Shown: positions 19,994 to 28,886 of the stretch, in pieces | How positions within the stretch are numbered: the first letter of the stretch is position 1 | How the letters are laid out: each line of letters opens with the position of its first letter | IMG/VR virus record: IMGVR_UViG_3300033489_000004 | Location: 39,403-103,402 of that record | Origin: a virus | Reading direction: 5' to 3' (one strand) | DNA: 64,000 nucleotides | Made by a program: the position numbers and the translations under genes | The notes under the pieces: generated by a model | Database searches by the model: none | Told to the model about the DNA's origin: nothing | The model's input: only the letters and a program-made list of their open reading frames with translations

Positions 19994-20242
19994 ATGAATA
20001 CTAAAAATCCAGAGCAGCTTGGCGCTGCTATTCGCGCAAGGCGCAGACAGTTGAAGGTTACCCAGAAGGATCTGGCGATGACCTGTGGTACGGGTTTGCG
20101 CTTCATTATTGACCTTGAGAAGGGCAAGCCAACCTGCCAAATCGGAAAAATCCTACAGGTTCTCCAAGCCCTGGGGCTCAAGCTCCAGATTGTTAGCCCT
20201 GGCGTTGACACCGGCCAAGGCGAGAAGTCATGGATAAATTGA
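19994..20242 (+). CDS. hipB: HipB-like XRE antitoxin (y4mF family)
   Basis: IRARRRQLKVTQKDLA..CGTGLRFIIDLEKGKPTCQIGK; overlaps the hipA-like ORF. Confidence 0.85.
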   Translation: MNTKNPEQLGAAIRARRRQLKVTQKDLAMTCGTGLRFIIDLEKGKPTCQIGKILQVLQALGLKLQIVSPGVDTGQGEKSWIN

Positions 20243-20658
20243 TCGTTTATCTGAATGCCGAGAGGGTCGGAAGCCTCGAACAAGACGATAGTGGCTTGCT
20301 GCAATTCTCCTACGATCAGACATGGCTTGAAAAGCCGAGTGCCATGCCTCTCTCTCGTTCACTACCTCTCCAAAGCGAGGTGTTCTCGGGGAAAAAGGCC
20401 AGGCCTTTCTTTGCCGGCATACTACCCGAAGAGGGACCACGAAAAAAGATAGCAGAGATCCTCGGAATCAGTGACGCAAATGACTTTGCAATGTTGGAGA
20501 GGATAGGAGGTGTTATAATGAAAGATATACTAGAGTATCCTTGTGGGTTAAGTGGGGTGGATGCAGTAGATTGTGAAATAATATACAGCAAGTGTGGTAT
20601 CTGTTGTGCTGAGTGTGAAGGACCCTGTGATGAAATCTGTGAAGAATGTAAATTATAA
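20230..20658 (+). CDS. HipA N-terminal (Couple_hipA/HipS-like) domain without kinase, in frame with a Cys-rich phage peptide that has its own start at 20518
   Basis: FSYDQTWL...PLSRSLPL...FFAGILPEE..R...NDFAMLERIGG, then an abrupt switch to VIMKDILEYPCG. Confidence 0.8.
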   Translation: MDKLIVYLNAERVGSLEQDDSGLLQFSYDQTWLEKPSAMPLSRSLPLQSEVFSGKKARPFFAGILPEEGPRKKIAEILGISDANDFAMLERIGGVIMKDILEYPCGLSGVDAVDCEIIYSKCGICCAECEGPCDEICEECKL

Positions 20659-20670
20659 AAAGGAGTAGTA

Positions 20671-21009
20671 ATGGAGACTAAAAATGCTAAGATTACAGGT
20701 ACTATGTTAGGAATAGAAGATCATGGAATATTTACTTGTTTTATTTGTCTAGAATATGGGGGTAGTGGTCAGGGTTTTGGGGGACATGCTTTAGACGAAT
20801 ATGATAAAGAAGCAGATACTCGTATTGGTGTGTCTGGAGGAATAGAGTATATCAGAAAAGTTTTAGAAGTAATAGAAGTAGATTCTTGGGAAGAGTTAAA
20901 AGGAAAATACTGTAGAGTAATAGTGGATAATTTTAAAGTATACTCAATAGGGAATATCACTAAAGAAAAATGGTTTGATCCACAAAAGGACATAAACTGG
21001 AAGGATTAA
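20671..21009 (+). CDS. conserved phage protein
   Basis: NAKITGTMLGIEDHG...QGFGG...WEELKGK.CRV. Confidence 0.7.
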   Translation: METKNAKITGTMLGIEDHGIFTCFICLEYGGSGQGFGGHALDEYDKEADTRIGVSGGIEYIRKVLEVIEVDSWEELKGKYCRVIVDNFKVYSIGNITKEKWFDPQKDINWKD

Positions 21010-21029
21010 GTTGAAAATGGTAGAATACT

Positions 21030-21895
21030 ATGATTAAGTGTACTCAGTTAGATAATAAAACTTGTGGCCGGTATCCTTGTGAATATGGACATACCCGCTG
21101 TTGTTATTATTGTTCTAGATTAGTAACATGTTTTGCCAGAGATAATGGATGGAAACTTTGTAATAAGATCTATAAGATATTAGCTAGTAACATTTCTATT
21201 GGAATAAAGGTAAAGGGTGAGTGCAGTCTATGTAAAGAAGGTTTTGATAGTAACCAGAGTCTCATAAAGCATTTAAAATCTAAAAGACACATCACAAAGG
21301 TATTGAAAGAAATTGAAAATGGTTAAAATAAAAGGTTGGCTATTGAATGAGTTATTACTGATAATGCCGGGTTTAATATTAGGAACTATTTTTTGTGTGG
21401 CTATTATTAATTTTGCTGTATTATTAGCTACAGAAAATAAGCCTAAACCTAAAAAAGAGGAAACAAAAATACGGCAACTTCAAAAAGAAATAGAATATCA
21501 AAATAAAGTTAACTATAATCTTCAATGGAAGTATGTTGATTTACAACATCAAAAAGATACGGTAGAATTGTACTTGTGGCAATATGGTACGAATCAAATT
21601 ACCAAAGAAGAACTAGCTGCAAAAATAGAGGCCATAGAACCTAGAAGTTTCTTATTAAAGATTAAAAAACACAAATTAAGCTGGGAGAAATAATGAAAGG
21701 AGCATTAACATTATGTGTTTAGAATATATAGGTGGTTTGTTAAGACACTGTTTTAATTGTATACAGAGTGAAAATAAAGAGAAACTTCCTAATAGTATAG
21801 ATAAAGCTAAAATAATTCACCGACTAAACGGAAGTGAGTGTGCTGTTATAACAAAATACTATCTTGATAAAGAAAATCTAAAGAAGCATAGATGA
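21030..21895 (+). CDS. hypothetical genes (21030-21326 Cys-rich/C2H2-like, 21313-21693 membrane-anchored coiled coil, 21713-21895)
   Basis: ORF track; motifs as noted. Confidence 0.55.
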
Positions 21896-22554
21896 AAATG
21901 AATAGCATAAAACTGTGTGTCCGCGATTTAAGCGACTGTATTGAGTTTCCAATATGGCCGGTGGAACCAGAAAAGAATCAGGAGATAAGAGGTCATATCT
22001 GTTTTCCACCAAGAGGAAGAAGCCACGACTTAGTTTATGTTGAAGGACAAATGGCAAGACTAATAGATATAGGAATAAAGGAAATAACTATACATACCGC
22101 AGGAATTAATCTAACAAAGCTAGTAGAAATCGCTGATTTTGCAAACTATCAAAGAATAGCTCTTAATATTGAAAATCGAAGAGATGGAAGGACAAGCAGA
22201 ATAAAGAATTTAGAAAAAATTCTTTGGGCTACCGAGGCTGGCCTAACGCTAGACGTGGGGCATACAGAAGCCAACGGAAATACCGAAGAATATATCAGAG
22301 AATTTGGAGACCTAATCAGAAACGCTCATCTATATAGAATTGAAACAGCTAAAGGACATCAACCTTTTGAGGATTATGCTGATTTCAAAGAGTTAGCTAA
22401 AAAGCTATTCTTTCTTGAAAACCTTAACTGGGTAGTAGTTGAAGTAAATCAAGTAAACCAAATAGTTAAGTGGTGGGAAAGATCTCTTAAAGAGCTTGAA
22501 AAAATACAAAAAGACGCAATAAATGACGCTGGAACTTATCTTGAGGATATGTAA
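21892..22554 (+). CDS. xylose-isomerase/AP-endonuclease-2-like TIM barrel
   Basis: ITIH, NIEN, TLDVGH, NAHL, GHQP, VVE. Confidence 0.7.
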   Translation: MKMNSIKLCVRDLSDCIEFPIWPVEPEKNQEIRGHICFPPRGRSHDLVYVEGQMARLIDIGIKEITIHTAGINLTKLVEIADFANYQRIALNIENRRDGRTSRIKNLEKILWATEAGLTLDVGHTEANGNTEEYIREFGDLIRNAHLYRIETAKGHQPFEDYADFKELAKKLFFLENLNWVVVEVNQVNQIVKWWERSLKELEKIQKDAINDAGTYLEDM

Positions 22555-22766
22555 TGAAAAAGATAAAGTGTACCTACCGTAATTCTATTTCGCCTTACTA
22601 CTGTACTCTAAGTAAAGGTGAATATAGAGAAAATATAAACTATTTTTGTCCGATACGAGAGAATAACTGCTGTATACTGTGTGTTTATCAATTAAGATGT
22701 CCAGATATTTGTAGGAAAGCTGAAAAGGAAATATAGTATGAGCATTCTGATAGTTGGGGATAAGAA

Positions 22767-23267
22767 ATGGGAAAATTAATCAAAATAAATAGAAGTTGGT
22801 TATATCAAAAATATATCGTTGAAAAATTATCCACATATAAAATAGCAAAACTATGTTCTTGTAGCAGCACAACAATAGCCAATAAACTTAATGAATTTAA
22901 TATCCTTATTCGTTCTACTAATGTAAAAGAAAATAATGGTAAATGGCAAGGGGGTAAATATTTAACTGGCAAAGGATACATTAGAGTTAAAGAATATAAC
23001 CATCCTTTTACTGCTAGCTATAGCTATATTTTAGAACACCGTTTAGTAATAGAAAGGTATCTAAGAGAGATGTGCCCCAATCATCCAGCTTTAATAGAAA
23101 TTAACGGAGAAAAATATCTTAACCCTAAATGGATAGTTCACCATAAAGGAACTAGATACCCCTTGGGCAGTATTGAAAATAAGCAAGATAATAAAATAGA
23201 TAACTTAGGGATATATAAATCTAGTGGATTACATACTAAATATCACCACAGTATAAGGAGATATTAA
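22767..23267 (+). CDS. HNH homing endonuclease
   Basis: WQGG, EHRLVIE, HPALIEI.G.KYL, VHHKG...QDN.IDNL. Confidence 0.8.
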   Translation: MGKLIKINRSWLYQKYIVEKLSTYKIAKLCSCSSTTIANKLNEFNILIRSTNVKENNGKWQGGKYLTGKGYIRVKEYNHPFTASYSYILEHRLVIERYLREMCPNHPALIEINGEKYLNPKWIVHHKGTRYPLGSIENKQDNKIDNLGIYKSSGLHTKYHHSIRRY

Positions 23268-23843
23268 ATGAGTATTCTTGTTATCGGAGACTGTCACGCA
23301 AAAATAGCAGCTTATTTTAGTATAGTCAAAGACTACGATAGGACTATTCAGGTAGGGGATTTTGGGTTTGCTCCCGCCCATAACTGGCATCTGAATACCC
23401 TAGATCCTACTAAACATAAGGTAAACTTTGGTAATCATGATGATCCAGCATTTTTAAAATCTCCCCATAGTTGTGGCGACTTTAGTTTCTTTGGGGATAT
23501 TATGACTATTAGAGGGGCCTATTCTATCGACAAAGCTTGGCGAATTGAGGGGTTTAGCTGGTGGACGGAAGAAGAAATGAATTATGAAGAAATGCAGAAA
23601 TGTATTGATGTTTATCTGGAAGCAAAACCAAGGGTAATAGTTAGCCACGACTGCCCTGAAACCACAAGAAAGATAATGTTTAATATCCAAAATAAGACTA
23701 AGACTTCTACTGGACTTGAGCATATGTTTTCTATGCATCAGCCTAAGCTATGGATATTTGGACACCACCATGTTAGCAGAGATGTAGTTATCAATAAAAC
23801 TAGGTTTATTTGTCTAAATGAATTAGAGCCATTTTTGATTTAA
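23268..23843 (+). CDS. calcineurin-like metallophosphoesterase
   Basis: IGDCH, QVGDFG, GNHD, SHDCP, FGHHH. Confidence 0.88.
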   Translation: MSILVIGDCHAKIAAYFSIVKDYDRTIQVGDFGFAPAHNWHLNTLDPTKHKVNFGNHDDPAFLKSPHSCGDFSFFGDIMTIRGAYSIDKAWRIEGFSWWTEEEMNYEEMQKCIDVYLEAKPRVIVSHDCPETTRKIMFNIQNKTKTSTGLEHMFSMHQPKLWIFGHHHVSRDVVINKTRFICLNELEPFLI

Positions 23844-23853
23844 AGAAGGAATA

Positions 23854-24312
23854 ATGAAAAACCTTAAACTTAAAAATAATAGAAAATACAGTATTAAAAG
23901 AAAAGAAGTTATTGAAGTAATTAATAGAGTATATAAAGAGGAAGGTCTTGGGTATCTTCTTTATGAATACCCTTTAATTATTGAATTTGGCAAATCTCCT
24001 ACTACCAATACCTTAGATTGGAATAGAAAAAATAGCCCAATAGAAATTTGCCATCTAGCGGGTAATAAAAAGACATGGAAAAAAACTCTTGTACATGAGC
24101 TATACCATTGGATGGATTTTAAAGCTCATGGGAAATGGGATACTAGACAATATATTAAACATATTAATGGACCCCTGCATAAATACTTTTCTAATTTCCA
24201 TGAATTTTCTGCAGAAGATTTAGCTATCCGATTATTTGGAGATCAAGATGATAAAGTACGGTGGAGTAAGATTAAAAATGAAGTAAGAAAAAAACCTAAG
24301 CTTTATAATTAA
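23854..24312 (+). CDS. putative zincin metallopeptidase, similar to 8771-9223
   Basis: LVHELYHWMD...HEFSAED.AI.LFG. Confidence 0.6.
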   Translation: MKNLKLKNNRKYSIKRKEVIEVINRVYKEEGLGYLLYEYPLIIEFGKSPTTNTLDWNRKNSPIEICHLAGNKKTWKKTLVHELYHWMDFKAHGKWDTRQYIKHINGPLHKYFSNFHEFSAEDLAIRLFGDQDDKVRWSKIKNEVRKKPKLYN

Positions 24313-24319
24313 CCTAATC

Positions 24320-24592
24320 TTAATCTTTGTAAATACTAAAGTACCAATAATACTCAGGAAACCTGTCTGTTAGTAGTTTATTAACTTCTTTAATAGAAAG
24401 CCCACTTTCTCCAGGATAATAAATAGTCCATTTATCTATGGTTCCCCTTCTAGACCCGCCAATTTTTTCTTTAAGGTATTCTATAATCATTCCTATCATT
24501 TGCTCTCTTATCTCATCTGTTTTCTTTATATATTCTAGTTTTGTTTCTTTCAAAGACATTAGTTCTTTTTCCCAAGGAGTATTAAGTAGCAT
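24320..24592 (-). CDS. hypothetical protein
   Basis: ORF track; last gene of the leftward block. Confidence 0.55.
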   Translation of the reverse strand: MLLNTPWEKELMSLKETKLEYIKKTDEIREQMIGMIIEYLKEKIGGSRRGTIDKWTIYYPGESGLSIKEVNKLLTDRFPEYYWYFSIYKD

Positions 24593-25061
24593 TTTTTCCC
24601 TTTCTATTTAGTAGCTCAATACTCAAATCTCTTACTTCATTAGTTATGCCGTAATGGGGGTTACAGCTTATCCAATTAGAAGCCAAATCCTTAAAAACAG
24701 CCTCATCATCTAGTATTACAAAAGAGGATACCTCCCGTGAGATCAGCCATGCCTTAATTTCTTCCTCTTTGTTTCCTGTTAGTGCTGGAGTATTGTCTAT
24801 ATAATAAGGGTGTAACCCATACATCATAAATTGAATCTTTAATGGAATATCCAGCGAATGACTTGACAAGTCAAATCTTCTGCTAGAGTGTAAAACAATA
24901 TGTGCTTTAGTTTCGTGCCTAATTTTTGCCAGGTTTTCAAGAGATTTTTGGCAAAAAATATTATTATAATCCCAATTATCACATTGATTAATATCACGAA
25001 GCTTAACTCTGGCACGTTCTGTGTTTAATACACCATCAATATCTAAAAATATTATTCTCAT
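24582..25061 (-). CDS. HAD domain protein of the Swiss-Army-knife RNA-repair type
   Basis: IIFLDIDGVLN, IVLHSSRR, EEIKAWL, FVILDD. Confidence 0.85.
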   Translation of the reverse strand: MRIIFLDIDGVLNTERARVKLRDINQCDNWDYNNIFCQKSLENLAKIRHETKAHIVLHSSRRFDLSSHSLDIPLKIQFMMYGLHPYYIDNTPALTGNKEEEIKAWLISREVSSFVILDDEAVFKDLASNWISCNPHYGITNEVRDLSIELLNRKGKNAT

Positions 25062-25231
25062 TACTTTTTCACCACCATTTCCGTGAACGGGCAAATAGAT
25101 AAAACTCTACATTTACTATGATTACTACAGACAATATTTACCACACTAGCTTCTTTAAGCTCATACTCTATAGTTACTTGTTTTTCTAAATTATGACAAT
25201 AATATGGTAGGATATTCATTATTTCTCCTTA

Positions 25232-26245
25232 TTAAATCCAAGACTCCATTTCGTATATAAAGTAATCAATTACATCATAAATAAATTCATCCCAGTACTT
25301 TCTATTAACTTTATCGGGTAGCCTACTTTCTTTTGCTAATAACTCTAGTTCTTCCATACGTCGTTCTAAATCAGGAGCTACCTCTTTTTGATAGTGAAGT
25401 TTACCTTGCTTAATATCTCTCAAATACCCTGCTTCTTTAAGTGGAAAAATGATAGTACCTTCAGTTAATATTTGTTTTACTTCTATAGAGGCGCGAATTG
25501 CATGACTACAAGCTTTAAAATCTATTCCCTTGTTCTCTGCTGCTTGCCTTGCTCTCTCACCATAATTATCATAAAAGTTTTTTACTATATCATAAGCATA
25601 CTTTATTCTAGCTGATTCATCTATACATCTTCCACATACTTGATAGAGTCTTCTCTGGTTTGTATCTTTTGGATTTGGATCTAGTCTGTGTATATGTTCT
25701 CCTTCAGGTAATTCGTCCCAAAAGAAAGTTAGTTTTGTATCAAAAGCTTTGGGCATTACTGCATTAAAAAAGTCTAATACTTTCTTAGCGTCGTTAAGCC
25801 TACTTCCCTTTATTCCATATTTTGAAGCTTGCCGCCTGGCATACCCAACAAAAGCTGACAAATTTCTGGTATAAAACTTCGACCGATTTTTAACAATTTC
25901 ATCCCATATAGGGGTCTTCTGCAGGATAAACTCGTCTGGGGTATGTAACATATCCATCTGAATAGTTTGCCCATCACAGGCCAGTTTCAAAAATTCATGT
26001 ATAGAAAATAATTCTACATCAATATCTTCTGCTGTGTTCTTATCATCTTTATTTTTCTTGGTAGTTAAAGATATATTTCGGGGTATCCTACCTAAATAGA
26101 TTTGTTCTTTTGAAGGTAAGAAAATGCCCTTAAGATCTATATCGGAGTCTTTAGTATCACAGCCGTAGACCTGCGACCCGCCTTGCATAAGAGCGATAAT
26201 ATTCAATTTTTTTATTTGGTCTTCTATATTTTTTGGCAGCTTCAT
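25232..26245 (-). CDS. phage nucleotidyltransferase (Pol-beta superfamily, T4 NrdC.11-like)
   Basis: GSQVYG..T.DSD.DLKGIF, F.GYA..QA.KY, K..SHA.R. Confidence 0.8.
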   Translation of the reverse strand: MKLPKNIEDQIKKLNIIALMQGGSQVYGCDTKDSDIDLKGIFLPSKEQIYLGRIPRNISLTTKKNKDDKNTAEDIDVELFSIHEFLKLACDGQTIQMDMLHTPDEFILQKTPIWDEIVKNRSKFYTRNLSAFVGYARRQASKYGIKGSRLNDAKKVLDFFNAVMPKAFDTKLTFFWDELPEGEHIHRLDPNPKDTNQRRLYQVCGRCIDESARIKYAYDIVKNFYDNYGERARQAAENKGIDFKACSHAIRASIEVKQILTEGTIIFPLKEAGYLRDIKQGKLHYQKEVAPDLERRMEELELLAKESRLPDKVNRKYWDEFIYDVIDYFIYEMESWI

Positions 26246-26937
26246 TATCTCACCCCATTAATATCATGGTCATCAATCATTTCTATGCCATCAATAACTG
26301 TAAGTGGGTCTACCTCACGAAGCAAACTAACAAGTATTCTAGCTATTTCTTTTTCTGTAGTTACCTTAGAGAAATCTATTTTATATACTAACCTAGCAAT
26401 TACTTTAGCCATACTGTTTGCTTGTATTGTATATCCTTTGGATAAAAATTTTCTCATCCTTAATATTGATCCTCCAGCATCTTCATTACGGTCTGGAGCC
26501 GTATAGTTTAGCCTTCTTGCGGCTAAATCTGGATAAAACATATCAGAACAATAACCCACCCACTTCTTATCCTGCAGACCTATTACAGCTTGGCAAATAG
26601 TATAATCAAAAGACTCTACTAGCCCTGTTGGAGTTTCGTATAACCAACGGGTAATAAACTGAAGAGGCATTCTGGAAGAAGTAAGTACAGTTATAGCATT
26701 ATCAGTTTCGTGTATGCGACCTTTACGGTTTAAAGCTATTTCTTGGGCGGCATATTTCAACATATCTTTACCGGGTCCAAAAATATCAATATCTGATACC
26801 CTTTCTCCTGCAATAGTACTGCGTATAAATCCTCCGGCTACCATTAAGGTAGGATACTTCACAAGTAAATCTCTTATATCTTTTGGTAGTCTTGACACAA
26901 TAAAGCATACATCACTTTCAATTAATGGTTGAAGCAC
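26245..26937 (-). CDS. minimal class-II nucleotidyltransferase (CCA/poly(A) polymerase head-like)
   Basis: VAGGFIRS, SDIDIF, FDYTICQ, R..KF..KGY. Confidence 0.6.
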   Translation of the reverse strand: MLQPLIESDVCFIVSRLPKDIRDLLVKYPTLMVAGGFIRSTIAGERVSDIDIFGPGKDMLKYAAQEIALNRKGRIHETDNAITVLTSSRMPLQFITRWLYETPTGLVESFDYTICQAVIGLQDKKWVGYCSDMFYPDLAARRLNYTAPDRNEDAGGSILRMRKFLSKGYTIQANSMAKVIARLVYKIDFSKVTTEKEIARILVSLLREVDPLTVIDGIEMIDDHDINGVR

Positions 26938-26938
26938 A

Positions 26939-27277
26939 TTATCCTCCTAAATAGCCTCTTTTTTTTAATACCTCAAAAAGATACCCGTTTGCGTTGAATA
27001 TCAAACCACAGATAGCGTCCTCTAACCCTTCCCTACTGGCAAATCCCCTATGCTCTAACCACCAATCTAAAAAATGCCTCCAACCACTTTTCATATAGAC
27101 ACTTAAACCCATACCATGCTGCCAATTATCTGAATCTCTAAGTTTTCCATCCGATTGTATTCTATGCTTATGAAGGTACTCGCTATATCGTTGAATTACT
27201 ATAGGATTCATAAAACCTTCCGGGTCAATTTTATTCTTATCATCGTCCCTGGTACTGCCACTTTTAAACATCCTCAT
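26939..27277 (-). CDS. dATP/dGTP diphosphohydrolase-like (DUF5664-type)
   Basis: F.SGSTRD, RDSDNWQ.GM, Y.KS..RH, EDAIC..IFNA. Confidence 0.65.
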   Translation of the reverse strand: MRMFKSGSTRDDDKNKIDPEGFMNPIVIQRYSEYLHKHRIQSDGKLRDSDNWQHGMGLSVYMKSGWRHFLDWWLEHRGFASREGLEDAICGLIFNANGYLFEVLKKRGYLGG

Positions 27278-27663
27278 TTCTTATCCTTTATTTATTCCAA
27301 GGAATATGCCCTTTGGAAAATCTTGTTTTTAATCCATTTCCGTTTCATAAGTAGATATAGATTCTATATCATCTACTTTAATCGAATATTCCTGTAGCTC
27401 CCTGGTTATCCAAGAAACATCCCCTGTTCTAATATATACCCCGTCACAAGGATCAAACCAATCTTTTGTTCCGTCTTTAAAAATAATTTGGATTCCTTTA
27501 CCCATTAGGGTGCACCCCACAGGCATTTGGATCTAATACCTTTATTGCCATCTTTGTCATTGAACCTTTTTTTGGTTTGGGATTAACTGGCCAATCAATA
27601 CTGTAAGTATAGATAACAGACTCATTTTCCGCAACCTCTTGGCCCATAAAATATTTTCATTAT

Positions 27664-27957
27664 TTATCTTCTCCGTTCTTTTATATACTTACCTAGTACT
27701 ATTTTAGCACAATGTTGGCATAAATCAAAACCGACAATTGTCCCATCTCCAAATATTGACCCATATCCTCCAGTTGTTTGCCAACTAACAACTTCTTCCC
27801 ATTCAACATAATCTTCTGGAAATATTGTTATACCACATTTATCACATTGTATAGAGGATAATGCATATCGCTTTTCTGTAATTGTCCTATACTTTTTCAA
27901 TGTCTTATATCTCCTAAAATTGCAATTCACTGTGGGGTAAATACAAGCGATTTCCAA
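27664..27957 (-). CDS. hypothetical phage protein
   Basis: CDKCG...GGYGSIFGDG...DLCQHC. Confidence 0.65.
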   Translation of the reverse strand: MEIACIYPTVNCNFRRYKTLKKYRTITEKRYALSSIQCDKCGITIFPEDYVEWEEVVSWQTTGGYGSIFGDGTIVGFDLCQHCAKIVLGKYIKERRR

Positions 27958-28418
27958 AAACCCATTTAAAAACCACTACAGCTTCTTCTATACTGGATAC
28001 TACTTTAGACGCTTTTGCACCTGTCCATTCAAAAGCAGCTTCTTTTTTATTCATTCGATCTCTTAGTTTCGGCGCAACTACCACAACGGGAATTTTTACT
28101 ACATAATGAGCAAAAGCAAACTCAAACCAAGTTCCAGAAGATGGGGTATCCCCTGTTAATACCAGTAACCCATCAGAAGCTCTAATATCGGCTTCGTCTC
28201 TGGCAACTATTTGCTGTACTTCAAAAGAAGCTTTAGCTAAATCCATTACTGTTTTTCCCTCTTTTAATTGTACATGTTTATGCCGTAATGGATCACATAC
28301 AGCAAATCCCTCACTAGTAAAGAGTTTCTTTGCTAAATTACGTTCCTCCGCTACTTCGTTATATGGCCTACCTTCCATATTTCCGCTAAAGATATACGAC
28401 TCTAAAATTTTTATTCAT
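27914..28418 (-). CDS. nucleoside 2-deoxyribosyltransferase-like protein; full length needs a +1 shift at CTT-TAG (28391-28386)
   Basis: DPLR, IV.RD..DI..SD, S.GT.FE; GGAGG RBS and ATG 28418 give MNKNFRVVYL, and the +1 frame continues SGNMEG. Confidence 0.7.
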
Positions 28419-28439
28419 AGTAGTCTTCCTCCAATCTTA

Positions 28440-28886
28440 TCATCCTTTATCAATAATCTTGTATCTATCATCATGACTAAAGTTATAATACACAATAGGC
28501 TCTACCTCAGACCATTTCAAATTTCCATTACCACATCCTGGGCGAGGTATTACTATATTATCTATTCTTATATCAGAAAGCTTATCTATTAATTCAGATA
28601 ACTCCTCAGAAGATCTATTAATTAAATCTAAATCTGCTGTTTCATACCAATTATACTTTACAGGAAAGCTAACAATCCTATGGGGGAGAAAAAAACAATG
28701 GTTGTCGTAGCTTTTTACTAAATCACCAAGTAGTTTGGGAAATTCCGGATATCTTTGGGTTGCTTCTAAAGCACAACCCCTACCCATAACTAGTTCCCCA
28801 TTATTCTTTATAGTTCCATTAGTTGTTATACAGATAATATTGTTTTCATTATGGTAATCCCAAAGGTTTCCTTTAACTAATTTCAT
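28440..28886 (-). CDS. macro domain (ADP-ribose binding/hydrolase) protein
   Basis: ITTNG, VMGRGCA, SFPVK, PRPGCGNG.L.W. Confidence 0.85.
   Translation of the reverse strand: MKLVKGNLWDYHNENNIICITTNGTIKNNGELVMGRGCALEATQRYPEFPKLLGDLVKSYDNHCFFLPHRIVSFPVKYNWYETADLDLINRSSEELSELIDKLSDIRIDNIVIPRPGCGNGNLKWSEVEPIVYYNFSHDDRYKIIDKG

Larger units (their letters stand above)
19762..20511 (+). other. GC-richer captured bacterial segment (hip promoter/operators, hipB, 5' part of hipA)
   Basis: abrupt composition and codon-usage change relative to the AT-rich flanks. Confidence 0.75.
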
